Positions 13,401 through 24,700 of a stretch of 64,000 nt of DNA are shown one piece after another. How positions within the stretch are numbered: the stretch's first letter is position 1; the number at the start of each line of letters is the position of its first letter. The position numbers were made by a program, and so were the translations under genes. Origin of the DNA: an uncultured virus (IMG/VR IMGVR_UViG_3300020183_000052) (Duplodnaviria > Heunggongvirae > Uroviricota > Caudoviricetes). The notes beneath the pieces are model-generated. The model saw only the letters and a program-made list of their open reading frames with translations. It was not told the DNA's origin and did not search any database. The stretch is taken from the IMG/VR virus record IMGVR_UViG_3300020183_000052, positions 1 to 64,000 of that record; one strand, given 5' to 3'.

Positions 13401-15494
13401 CAAGTTGAAAAGACAGTTGAAACAGGGCTATATTTTGATAACCTTAAAGGCTCCGGCATAACGGGGATACTGCATCCAATAATGCACCCATTGGAAACAT
13501 TTAGGGGAATTGCCAAGTCTACCGCAGGCGAACCAGATGAGTTAACTGCAAAAAGAGTTGCCCTATCTTATCTAAGAGAATCTCTTAAGGATATATACGG
13601 CGGAGAAATATTGATAATAGGCAACGCAGACATAAGACCGTATGACCTTGTTTATTTGGCAGACGTTTACGAAAGAATGTATGGTATTTTTGAAGTAGAG
13701 CAGGTAGTTCATCACTTTACTCCGCAAATGGGATTTGTTACAGGAATTACTCCAAATGCTTTTGTATCCGTAAATGATCCATCACGATGGTTTGCGAGTT
13801 CCTGGATAGCATCTCGTTTCTCCGTGCAGGATTTAAGAAACAGCACTAGACTAATGATGGTTAGTGCATCAAATAATTCAATTATGACAACTACAGGAGA
13901 AGTTTCTGTAGATGCACTTTCCGAGGCATTGAGGACACAAATGACCGGAGCAACACAATACACTCACGGACACTCCGCCTTAGTTAGGGACATAGTAGCA
14001 AATCAAGCAGCTGAATCAATACCCGATGCAAAACAAAAAATGGAAGCCTTAATAAGGCAAAACACTGGCAAGCAGCATGGAGCAATGGGAGCTGCTATCT
14101 TTAGCGCATTCGTAATGCCGACGATCAGCGCTGCAGTAACTGCTACTGTAGGAGTTGCAACGGCTGGAAACCCACTTGCAATAGGCGCAACTGCTGCTGG
14201 TATGGCTTTAGTGTCAGACGGAATTTGGAATGGTTGGAAAAAGATTAGAGATAATGTTCTTGATCAACACGGATGTTATATTCAGTATTTAAATAAGAAT
14301 GGTCAACCTATGGATGCGGGTCTTTCGTTCAATCAAGGTATGGTTGTTGGAAGATACCATTCCAAAAAACTTCTTCCCGGGCTTCTTGCAACTAGATCAA
14401 ACGTGAGATCAGCCGAAGGTCATATGTATATTAGAACAGATGATATTATGAAAAATTTGGGGTGGAAAGAAAAAGAAATTGCAGACGTTGTTAGGCATAT
14501 AAGTTTAGAAAATGCAATTGTTCATTCTCAAATATTAAAATACTCTGGTATAAGTCCAGAAAAAACTACTTTAAATGAATCTTTTAAAGCAATAGTAAAA
14601 GTTACTCATGTTGTAGACGGAGATACTTTTGTTGTGCAAGATGTATTGTCTGGGTTTGCCGGAAATGATATAACATATAAGGTTAGACTTGAGGGTATTA
14701 ACACCTCAGAATTAAATAAGTTTAACACAGGAGAACTTTCTGATGGAACTAAGACAGCAATAATAAACGAAAATACTGCAGCTAGTAAAGCTAAAAAATA
14801 CACAGAAAATTCCGTAAAAGGAAAGCTTATTGTTTTAAGAATTAACCCAAGAAACCCGGCAAATATAATATCAGTAGAGGGGGCTTATGAGCCAGGGGCT
14901 GAGCAAAACACACCAGAAAATTACGCAAAAGCCTTTAAGGGATCTAATTATGTTGATAGTGAAGACAGATATATGGCTACAGTTTTTTCCGACGTTAGCT
15001 TAATAGAATATGAAAAATTGTACAATTCTGTAAAAGATCTTTTTTTACTAGAACTTGAGTCAGAATTTTCTATAGACTTAGTTGTTAGTACTAAATCAAA
15101 ATTTAAACAAAAGAAGTTTTTTCCCACATCTCCAATGTTTATTTATTTTGACAAAATGTACGACGCATTAAATGTTTTATCTGATATAAAAGAACATTTA
15201 GTTGTAACAAGTTCTTCAGATCCACTTTATAATTTGACAGAAGATCAAAAAAAACATTTTAATATTCTTATGAATTTAGCTATAACCGATTCTTTATACG
15301 AAAAAGCTTCAGAGTGGCCAATTGTAACATGGGACCAATACTATGACGATGGCTCCCCAATCACCTTAAACTGGCAACTAGTGACCAATGGGTTGGCAAA
15401 AATATACATGGATAGCTTAATCCTGCAAAAAAATAACTCATTAATAAGACCAGGTGCTGATGAGTCAGCAATCCTTGAAAGGGTGGAATACTAA
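4451..15494 (+). CDS. Giant (~3680 aa) baseplate hub-like virion protein with C-terminal thermonuclease (SNase)-like domain; +1 shift at CGG 4820
   Basis: ORFs 4451..4894 and 4866..15494 join at GGA C-GGA ATA. Hub-like segments (RIKPGVRVHLRAGYG..IFNGIITEV; IIGNADIRPYDLVYL..FEVEQVVHHFTPQMGFVT). SNase-like VVDGDTF..VRLEGINTSE. Confidence 0.7.
4820..4823 (+). other. CGG +1 recoding site 2 (GGA CGGA)
   Basis: +1 frame reads GIQEFARARFASVKNLRESAAE, continuous with the 3542-aa ORF. Confidence 0.8.
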
Positions 15495-15495
15495 T

Positions 15496-17762
15496 ATGTC
15501 TTCTGATATAAATTTTGACATAGATGATTTAGCAGATTCAAAATCTGCATCCCAAAAGATGACAGATTCATTTTACCCAAATGGGAAAGCCGTGTATACC
15601 AACACCACCCAATCAACGGAAGACAATCCTGCTAGAACCCTTACTTCGGCGGATCCCATAAGAATTTTACAAGGTGATGGAATATATAGAAATCCAGCTT
15701 TTGCTGTTAACGGATACATACAAAATGTTCAATCAGCAATGCATTCAATAATTGCAGTTTCTTCTGACATAGATGACAGCGTTAAGATACCAGATCCAGA
15801 AAATCCAGGGTCTTTTTTAACTGGCGCTAAAGCCAGGCAAGAAATAGCAAAACAGTCTTTGCTCAGCACAGGTTATGCACCAGGTGGTTTTGAATCTACG
15901 GTTAAAGCTATGATTAGTGCAACGACTGCAACAGCAGCAGGGAGCTCTGGTGCAGACGAAATTGGGACTGTAACCGATGGTAGCCGGAAACCCAATTCCT
16001 CACTCCGCAAAAGGTTATACACCATACACTGATCCAGGGGCAGAAATTTTTAATGGTGGTTCTAGAGCAATAGCTTTTGTAGATGAATTATCAGAACAAG
16101 AAAAAGAAGTTTATGCAACAAAACTAGCTCAGCTGCATAAAAAAGCAAACTTTGCTGGGTCAACTCTAGCGTCATTTTCAATAAATTTTAATCAAAACAA
16201 ATATGATACTACTGTAAATGGAAAAAAAGTAACTCTTAAACAAGATTTAAAAACATTAGGATTTGAAATTAATTCCTTTGGCGGATATAAATCAGATGGC
16301 ACATCTTACGGTCTTCAACCAATTGATGAAATTGGGACAGGAACAAGGCGGTGTTCATTTGTCAGCTGCTTTGATAGAGCTATTATTGCGCTTAACTGAC
16401 AAAATTTATATAAACGGATCACAAGGAACCCATAGGGGAATTATAGGAAGCAACTTTGGTGCGCTAACAAAAGACAATAATTCTGTATCAGATCATGCTT
16501 TCGGTAGAGCTTTTGACATACACCACATAGGAATGACAAAGAACGAAGCATTCAATCTTTCTAAAAAAAGTAAAAAAGAATATAAAGACGCTTTAGATCT
16601 TCTTTTGACTCATATGCAAAATCTTCCGGCAAGTCTTCACCCTGACCTTATTGTTATTAGTTCAGACTTAATAACTGATCTTGGAATTAACGAAAAAGGG
16701 TTAGAAGATTCAAATACGCAAATAAGAAAACAATTCCCAAATATAGCTAATCATGTTAATTTTGGTGCCGATACAAGCCATAGAAATCATATACATATAA
16801 GCTTTGGACCAATTAGAGCTGGTTCGTTTATTACCCCAGAAATATCAGTAGCAATATCTGGGAAATCTTACTCTGGTTTTTCGACAACAAGCTCCGAGAC
16901 AATAGAATTATTTAAAAAAATTCACAGGCAATCTGATAAACCTGATCCACTAACTTCGGGAGAAATTTATTTACTCTTAGTTAACCATGCAAACTTTGGA
17001 GAGGAAGCAGCTGCTTTGTTTTCTGCTATAACACACAGAGAATCTAGAGGAAACGTATGGTCAACTAACGATGATGGGGCGTTTGGTCTTTTCCAATTTA
17101 TGAGCAGAGCCAAATTAGATGGCGCTTCTCAGGGTGAAGATACCGTTGTTAGAATCTTAATTCCAAACGAAGATTCTATTCCATTTTGGAAATTTGCCTA
17201 TAAAAATTGGCAGGCAGAGGGTCTTGATAAAATGACAAAAATCCAAAGAACCAGATTTATGTACGATAAACAAAAAAACGACCCAACCAACAATGCCGGT
17301 AGAGGGTTCTTTGACGAAAGAGCTTTTATACCAATTAATCAAGCTCAAATGCTCAGAGCAAAGTTTAGTTTAGATGGACCGAAGAACAGAAATAGAAAAA
17401 TTACTTGGATTGGCGAAAGAACTAGCAATAGTATTGTGGGACCTTGGGGGGAAAGATTTCTTTACTTTGGCCCGCTATCTGGCGTGAGTTATAAAATAGC
17501 AAAAGATGTTTATGTTCAATATAGTGGTAATACAGAGCAAAAATTTATTGATTGGCTTATTCAGAAAATGCCAAAAGATTCAAGAAGCTTGAATCCAGAC
17601 CCTACAACTGGTAAAAGCATATTAGAATCTTGGATAGAAGGAAAAGAATATCCAGTACTATATAAAAGACAAGGTTTATGGGGCAAGAGTGATAAAAATC
17701 CAAACGGATGGCCAGAAATATATGTTGATAATAAATACCCAGAAAACCCAACACCAAATTAA
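15496..17762 (+). CDS. Tail-associated peptidoglycan hydrolase (~754 aa): M15-like Zn peptidase plus lysozyme-fold/lytic transglycosylase-like domain; +1 shifts at 15985 and 16349
   Basis: Three overlapping ORFs join at two in-frame CGG codons. Motifs SDHAFGRAFDI and HRNHIHIS (M15/LAS-type H-x6-D..HxH); AITHRESRG..GAFGLFQF (transglycosylase-like). Confidence 0.75.
15985..15988 (+). other. CGG +1 recoding site 3 (AGC CGGA)
   Basis: +1 frame reads GNPIPHSAKGY, i.e. ORF 15977..16399. Confidence 0.75.
16349..16352 (+). other. CGG +1 recoding site 4 (AGG CGGT)
   Basis: +1 frame reads GVHLSAALIELLLRL, i.e. ORF 16263..17762. Confidence 0.75.
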
Positions 17763-17771
17763 GGAGCTCCA

Positions 17772-18137
17772 ATGCCTAATAATTATCCAAAGTTTGATAA
17801 AAAAATAGATGATCAAATATCAAATCATAAATTTCAACAACCTAAAACGCGTGCAGCAACAATTATGGGCTATAATCAGAATAATCACACGGCAATGATT
17901 TTATTGGACGAAAGATACTCAAATAACATTGGCGACATGATGGCAAATGTACCTTGCCCATTTATATATGGAGTTCAAACAGTTGCCCCAACTCCTGGAA
18001 CCCGTTGCTATGTGTCCTTTAGAGATTCTGCGGAAAGAGAACCGTACATTATAAATTATTTTAATGATGGTAATTCTGGTTTTAAATTTATAGTTAACAA
18101 TTCTGTAGACACAGGAATACCAAGGTATATGGTTTAA
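17772..18137 (+). CDS. Putative baseplate spike/assembly protein (OB-fold N-terminal type)
   Basis: AAGGAG RBS; position between lysin and gp25-like gene; NVPCP..GV..P.PGTRCYVSF pattern resembles gp5/gpV N-terminal domains. Confidence 0.5.
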   Translation: MPNNYPKFDKKIDDQISNHKFQQPKTRAATIMGYNQNNHTAMILLDERYSNNIGDMMANVPCPFIYGVQTVAPTPGTRCYVSFRDSAEREPYIINYFNDGNSGFKFIVNNSVDTGIPRYMV

Positions 18138-18140
18138 GTT

Positions 18141-18833
18141 ATGATTAATGAATACGATTCTGATTCTTCTGGTTTAAACGATTTATTTGATGAAAATTAT
18201 GAAATTAAAAGAAGAAAACAATTCTCTCATAGAGAAGTAGGTTTAAATCATCCAGATAATTCTTCTTTTATTAGAATAGCAGACGGTGGAGCAATTGAAA
18301 TTTTTAGTTGTCCAGGAGTCGGCATTGTTATAAATCCAGGAACTAGAAGCATATCTTTGTTTGCAGATAACATTAAATTTTATTGCAAAGACGATGATGG
18401 GCTAAGATGGAATTCTATGTCCTTTAATCCTGCTTCTGATGTCTATAATGAACCGGCGCTGATTAAAACAAATCAATTTGAAAACAACCCAGCTTTTTAT
18501 AATTCAATAAGATATTTAAACAATTTAGAAGAAATGGAACAGTCTGGTCCCAATATACCTGTTACTATAGGTGGAGAATATGGTTTCTCTAGGCCACAAA
18601 ATCCAGTTGAATCTCCCTTGGATGGGTCTGAGGAAAACTATTTTTCCCCAGAATTAGATACTTTAATAAAGAATTACGCTCAAAGTAATTCAGATATTAA
18701 AGTTCAAAAATTAATAGAGTTTCTAAAAAACGGATATTCTTTTAATGATTCTATACAAAAGTTAAACAATTTTGATTATAATAACAGTGAAAATTTAGAG
18801 AATTTTCCCTGGATTCATAATGATATGGAATAA
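18141..18833 (+). CDS. Hypothetical baseplate-region protein
   Basis: 230-aa ORF tightly packed in the baseplate operon; beta-rich N-terminus. Confidence 0.6.
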   Translation: MINEYDSDSSGLNDLFDENYEIKRRKQFSHREVGLNHPDNSSFIRIADGGAIEIFSCPGVGIVINPGTRSISLFADNIKFYCKDDDGLRWNSMSFNPASDVYNEPALIKTNQFENNPAFYNSIRYLNNLEEMEQSGPNIPVTIGGEYGFSRPQNPVESPLDGSEENYFSPELDTLIKNYAQSNSDIKVQKLIEFLKNGYSFNDSIQKLNNFDYNNSENLENFPWIHNDME

Positions 18834-18835
18834 AT

Positions 18836-19220
18836 ATGTCTGATTTATATTTTGATTTATCCGGAGATATAAAAGTGTCTCCGAATAATGATTTAGCGAT
18901 TGTGTCTGATTCTGCAGCAAAAGATGTTCAACAAATTTATATTAGATTAATGACTGAAACTGGAGATTTTCAAGCCTATCCACAATTGGGATGCGACCTA
19001 TCCATGCTATACGGCATGCCTCAAGCTATAGCAACTGGCGAAATAGGAAAAAGAATAGTAAGAGCGTCATTAGAAGACTCAACAAGGGGGCGGAATATTT
19101 GCCGGAAGAAATATATCCATTGAAGCAATTCCCACTTCTGCAACATCTATAAGATTTGACGTGCATATTTTGGATAATTCTGCGCAGCCGATAACTCTTT
19201 CTGTAACACAAGAACTTTAA
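18836..19220 (+). CDS. gp25/W-like baseplate wedge protein (~127 aa); +1 shift at CGG 19091
   Basis: N-terminus DL..V....QQIYIRLMTETGDF..YPQLGCDL is gp25-like. The +1 frame supplies the C-terminal strands (GIFAGRNISIEAIPTSATSIRFDVHIL..LSVTQEL*) and ends just before the RBS of the J-like gene. Confidence 0.75.
19091..19094 (+). other. CGG +1 recoding site 5 (GGG CGGA); a second 0-frame CGG follows at 19103
   Basis: The shift fills the apparent gap 19124-19232 with coding sequence. Confidence 0.75.
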
Positions 19221-19232
19221 ATAGGAGCAAAA

Positions 19233-20390
19233 ATGCCCATATCTTACAGTAAAACAAAAAGTCAAATTTTGAATCAAATGATGGAGTCTTTGAAAAAAAA
19301 TTCTCCCATAACTGCAGTACATCCAGGAGCCATAGCTAGAGCGTTTGCAGAAGCAGTCGCCGTTGAAGCAGGAGACTTATATCAAGCGCTCAAGTTTAGC
19401 ATAGATCAAACGAGTTTATCGACAGCAAAAGGCAGAGCGCTTGACCTCATAGGCGAACTTTATGCGGTAAGAAGAAGATCTATAGCGCAAGAAGCAGAGC
19501 AGGAGAGAGCAAGCTATAACATAGAATTCTATATATCTACACCTCAGGCATCAGACATAACCATAACCAAAGATGTTCTTGTTTTTAATGATGTAACATC
19601 TTTTTCAACGCAACAGTATGCATACAAATTAGTTGATAGTGTTACAATATTAGCTGGCACAACAAGGGTTTTTGGTAGGGTAGTTCCAAATTTTGAAGGG
19701 AATGATTTTACCGCTGCTGCCGGAACGCTTACAAAGCACAATCACGTTTCAATTGACGGAACTCTTGTATTCTGCATAAATCCAAAAGAGGTTCATTCAA
19801 TGATGAACATGGAATCAGACGATTTATACAGATTAAGAATAAGCAAATCTTTGAAAACATCTACTTATGGAACAAATGAATCCCTAAGACTAAATGCACT
19901 TGGATTACAGGGAGTTAGAGATGTGAGAGTAAGGGAATCTTCTTACGGTTTGGGATCTTGTGACATTATTATTGTTCCAGAATCTCAAAGAATAGATGGC
20001 GGTTTTGTCAGAACAATTCTTGAAAATCTTTCTACAAAAAAACCAGTAGGAATAAAATTAAATATTAGAATAGCAGATAGAGTGCCAGTTAATGTTGTTG
20101 GGAATATAATTATACCGAGTGGGCTTAGCCAAGCCGTTGCTGCTGCTGTTGAAACACAGGCGTCTTTGTTTGTAAAAAGATATTTGAACTCAATGACCAT
20201 AGGCAGCACTATTACATTTGGAGACTTAGAGTCACAAATAAGATCGTCTTCTGATTTTATTAAATCCGTAAACATATTAAGCGTTAGCGCAAATGGGCAA
20301 GAAATACCAAAAGGAACTTTTAGAATAAATTCTGATAAAGAATATATGATAGCAGGAACGGTTTCTATTTTTTCTGTTATAATATCTTAA
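19233..20390 (+). CDS. Baseplate J-like wedge protein
   Basis: AGGAG RBS; TAKGRALDLIGELYAVRR, ESDDLYRLRI, GT..SL..AL..GVRDV, KPVGI motifs typical of the Baseplate_J family. Confidence 0.85.
   Translation: MPISYSKTKSQILNQMMESLKKNSPITAVHPGAIARAFAEAVAVEAGDLYQALKFSIDQTSLSTAKGRALDLIGELYAVRRRSIAQEAEQERASYNIEFYISTPQASDITITKDVLVFNDVTSFSTQQYAYKLVDSVTILAGTTRVFGRVVPNFEGNDFTAAAGTLTKHNHVSIDGTLVFCINPKEVHSMMNMESDDLYRLRISKSLKTSTYGTNESLRLNALGLQGVRDVRVRESSYGLGSCDIIIVPESQRIDGGFVRTILENLSTKKPVGIKLNIRIADRVPVNVVGNIIIPSGLSQAVAAAVETQASLFVKRYLNSMTIGSTITFGDLESQIRSSSDFIKSVNILSVSANGQEIPKGTFRINSDKEYMIAGTVSIFSVIIS
20375..20383 (+). promoter_or_regulatory. Extended -10 promoter candidate (TGTTATAAT)
   Basis: Matches TGnTATAAT, 30 nt upstream of the phosphoesterase start, followed by an AAGGAAG RBS. 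Confidence 0.5.
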
Positions 20391-20412
20391 TATTTTTTTA
20401 AAGGAAGTTATA

Positions 20413-21693
20413 ATGGCAGAAAAAATGTACTTAATCACTAAAACTCAAATAGTCAAGGCCAGTAATATGGCTAACGCTCGTTCAATTACTGACGGTGGAA
20501 AAGATGTTGCAGGAAATATGCTTGCAGATTCGACTAGTGTAAAAGAAGTCTCTGCAAGGGAAGCTCTGAAGTACTTTAGTGTTGTAGATGAAGATGATTT
20601 TATTTACAGTGATTATTCAGAAGTTTTAGAAAAAGATGACAACGATTTCGATTTATCCTCCAGCTCCACAACGCTAGATTCTATGGGTGTTCACACTTCT
20701 ACTGTAGATTTTTTAAGATCCGAAAACAAAAGATTGGCACGCCTTGTTGATAAGTATAAAAACATAAGACAAGAAGCCTCAAATATGGTTTATCAAGCTG
20801 CATATGATTCTTTTAGTGCGTTTAATTTATCAAAGATTCCAAAGCCAAACTTGAATCAATCTTTTGGCTTGCCAGAAACAGCAGTTGCCGTCTTGTCAGA
20901 TTGGCAGTTGGGGAAGCTAACTCCTGATTATAATTCGGAAGTTTTAGAGAAAAGAATAGAAATTTACGCTGACAAACTGCTAGAAATTGCTGAGATTCAA
21001 AGAGCTCATCATCCAGTGAATAATCTACATGTTTGGATCCTTGGGGACATTGTTGAGGGCGAAGAAATATTTCCAGGGCAAAGTCATTTAATTGACTCTG
21101 GAATTTATCGTCAGGTTGGAGTTAATGGTCCAAGAATTTTAAGTACGTTCTTCCAAAAAATGTTGGCAAGTTTTCAGCATGTACACGTTACTGCGGTTAT
21201 AGGAAATCATGGTGCCGTAGGTGGCAGAGCTCGTAAGCAACACGATCCAGAAACAAATATGGATAGGCTGCTTTACAAAATATGTCAGCTCATTTTTGAG
21301 TCTGAAGATCGCATAAGTTTCAATATTCCTGAAGGCAAGGGGGAAAGAAACTGGTATGCAGTTGACTACATTGGTGATTATGGAACTTTATTGATTCATG
21401 GTGACCAAATGCCGTCGCCAAGTTTAGTAAACAGTTACTATAAGAAAATAATGGGCTGGAAAGATGGTGCGATTCCAGAAAGATTTGATGATGTTTTCAT
21501 GGGTCATTATCATCAGCAATTTAAGATGACAATAGGTAGCACAATTTTGAGGGTTTCTGGATCGCCAGAAAGCTACAATACATATGCGCAGGAATATTTT
21601 CACTCAATGAGTAGACCTTGCCAGCATCTAATGTTTGTTCATCCAAATAAAGGTGTTACTTCGGAGTATTCAATATGGCTTGATGAAGTGTAG
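20413..21693 (+). CDS. Calcineurin-like metallophosphoesterase
   Basis: Motifs SDWQLG, LGDIVEG, IGNHG, LIHGD, MGHYH in the canonical order. Confidence 0.85.
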   Translation: MAEKMYLITKTQIVKASNMANARSITDGGKDVAGNMLADSTSVKEVSAREALKYFSVVDEDDFIYSDYSEVLEKDDNDFDLSSSSTTLDSMGVHTSTVDFLRSENKRLARLVDKYKNIRQEASNMVYQAAYDSFSAFNLSKIPKPNLNQSFGLPETAVAVLSDWQLGKLTPDYNSEVLEKRIEIYADKLLEIAEIQRAHHPVNNLHVWILGDIVEGEEIFPGQSHLIDSGIYRQVGVNGPRILSTFFQKMLASFQHVHVTAVIGNHGAVGGRARKQHDPETNMDRLLYKICQLIFESEDRISFNIPEGKGERNWYAVDYIGDYGTLLIHGDQMPSPSLVNSYYKKIMGWKDGAIPERFDDVFMGHYHQQFKMTIGSTILRVSGSPESYNTYAQEYFHSMSRPCQHLMFVHPNKGVTSEYSIWLDEV

Positions 21694-21709
21694 GAGAGTC
21701 AAGTAGTAA

Positions 21710-24700
21710 ATGAGAACTTATTTTTTAGCTTTAAGAAACGAAGATTTTTCCATTGCAGGAAACAAATGGACTAGTTCTTCTATAGACCTGTATGCCAATA
21801 AGTTTTACACCAATTACTCAACAAAAAAATCTCCTTATGGAAATAATTTATTAGACAATTTTACTTTTACTGGACTTTCTGCAAAAAACAATGCAACACC
21901 GACGATCAGTAAAGCCATTACAGTTACTGATTATGGCGAAATAATTCAAGACGAAGATTATGGTCAGTATTATGTTTTTGATTATGATGCTTTAGAAGAC
22001 GAATATTTTTTCTATTCAACTACGAATAGTTCAACTCCTTATAGAGTTATCGCACCGACATTTTTTGATTCTTTGTATAGATTTGTAGATACTTCAAGTA
22101 GCATAGACATAATCCGGTTATAAACATGCGTTCACAAATCTTCCGGGTACAGAAAATCCAAAACTTTCTATTAAAATTACGTCTAATGAGATAAATAGTG
22201 CAATTGATTCAGACTGGAGAGAAATAGCAAGCGTTGAGCAAAACGTTACTGTTTTGTTTTTAAGGAATGTATCTAGGTATTGTAAATTTGAAGTTACTTT
22301 TGAATCAGAATCAGACTTATCAGAGTCTTTGTTTTTGCTTCTTGTGCAGGTAAACATTGAGGACATCACCGTTCCTGTAATAACAGATCACACAAGAAGT
22401 ATTTTATCAAGGTTTCCTGGATGGACAAAAATATATGCAGATTCAATAGAGAAAACTACACCAGACCTAGCTACACCAGGCACTGTTGCTGGTAAATTTT
22501 TTAACTCATTAATAGCAGAACCGCTCGATGACATCGATGCGATGGTTTCCAACATTGAACTAAACTCCTATATATCATCTGCGGATCTAAATGAAATAGC
22601 TTGGGCGTATGTAAGTTTACCGGTTGCAGCAGGTTTTGTTAAAGTTTATGGTAATGGAGTTGAACTATCTCGAGTAAGTTCTCAATCTGAACTGCTACAG
22701 CACACTGAAAATGAGTTTGTTTTTTATTATAATCATTTAACATCTGAGTTGTTTACCGTAAGAAAATATACGACTCTTTATGTTGACACTCAATCTCATA
22801 ATCAGATTCCAATACAGGCATTTAACAGTTTTGATGAATTTGGTCTAAAGGTTGGTCTTCAGAGATTGTATCTTGAGAGTAATGAAAGATTTAGATCAAG
22901 AATATTAGACGTATATTTTAACCCACCAGATATAAATGTTGAAGGATTAAAAAGAACACTAAGAAGAGAGTTGGATATTTGGAGCGCTTATAACGCTACT
23001 CCAAATTCAAATTATCCAGGAGCGACTCCTGAAGTTTTAGAAATATCAGACTTGATTCAAGACGAAAAATATTTCACAAGCGAAGGAAATCCTAAAAAAA
23101 GTTTCTTTGATTTAGTAGAGGATTTAAATAAAAGATTTCCCTCTAATTATGGATACATAAAATGGAATGAAGCATACTGGGATTATGCAGGATTAAAAAA
23201 CGAAGGTGTTTCTAGAATTCCTCAATATGCAGACGCAACACCTATAGCAACAGCTTCTTATCAATACGGCATTGGAGATTTTGACGATGCAAAGATTATT
23301 TTAGATTATATTTCTCCAGAAACACAAAAATATACATTTTCTCTAAGGGCTCACGGATATAAATATGATTCCTACTCAGAGGACAATTATGAGCCAATTC
23401 AATTTGCTTATGACAGCTATGTGTCATATGTCGAAGGCTATTACGATCATCAGTATGCAACTATTGATTATGAGATTTACCTAAAGCTAAATGCACATGG
23501 GTATATTCCGGCAAATACAGTTTACAAAGCAGTTGCCCAACATTACGTAAGAAATACACATGGCCCAGATTCTTCTTCTTCTCCAGAATTTATAATCAAA
23601 GACCTGTTTACTGCTTCAAATCTTTCATCAAATGAATTTGTTTTTTATTCAACGGATGCATCAGCAACTCCTTATCGAAATAATATTAGCCCATCAGCAA
23701 CTGAGTCGTATTTATTGACACAGATTCCCCTTTTTGCAGTACAGGAAGCAACAATTAAATATATTCTTTCTAAAAACAGTTTTGGAAACACTGGAAGCCA
23801 TGCTTGGGTCGGATTTTCTTCGGGACCTGTTGCATCTGCAAGCTCCGATACCGTAGTAAAGTCTTTTACAGGGGCAACTTACGCATCCGCACAAATAAAA
23901 ATAAATTCAAATATATACGATGCATTAAAATACAGAACTGTTATAACTCCAAAAGTTAGAAGCCATGGAGAATACACTATAATCAACAAGCCAACAGTTT
24001 CTCATAAAAAATCCTCTATTGTTATAACTCCATCGGATATATTGAGAAACTTTGCAATTCCTGTTGGTGTTTCTCCGCAATATGTTCATATAGAAAATAT
24101 AGTTGTTGGTTCCTATGAACTTGCTCCTGGTCTTGATGTAAATAATTTCTATGGTGGAATAGCCCTAAATAAGGATCTGGATGTAAATACATTTGTTGGA
24201 TCATCTCCCAACATTTACATTTCTTATATAAATCCTAACTTTTCAACACCAGATCAACACGAATCGTATGCAGACACAGTTGGTTCAACTGTTAACTATT
24301 ATTTTACAAAAGCAAAGTTCCCGTACAATTCAACACCAGATTATATAGTCTTTAGCTCAAACGACGGTGAGCATTATCCTTTTAGCTACCCAATATGGGA
24401 GCAGTTCAGCGCAGACTCAATTAACGAGTATGATTTTTATTTGTCAGAAAATGGAGTGGTCCATGCATCTCCAAATACAAATAAAGATTTGTTAGATTCA
24501 AGAAATGTTAATGTTATAAATTGGTTTGACCTAGAAAGAGAAGACTTTGGACTAGAAGCCTATGCAGAATCGCAACAACTATACTTTACTGGAGTTGAAC
24601 CAATACACGAATATGATGAAGTCGAAATATGGACTAACTATAACTTTATAGACAATGAAAACATTGTAAACACTAACATACTAAATGATAACGTTTCTCT

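Noticed and set aside
19103..19106. Second 0-frame CGG shortly after sites 5 and 12 as a designed backup
   Set aside because: Explained by ordinary GCC-GGA and GTC-GGA codon pairs in the +1 frame; only two cases.
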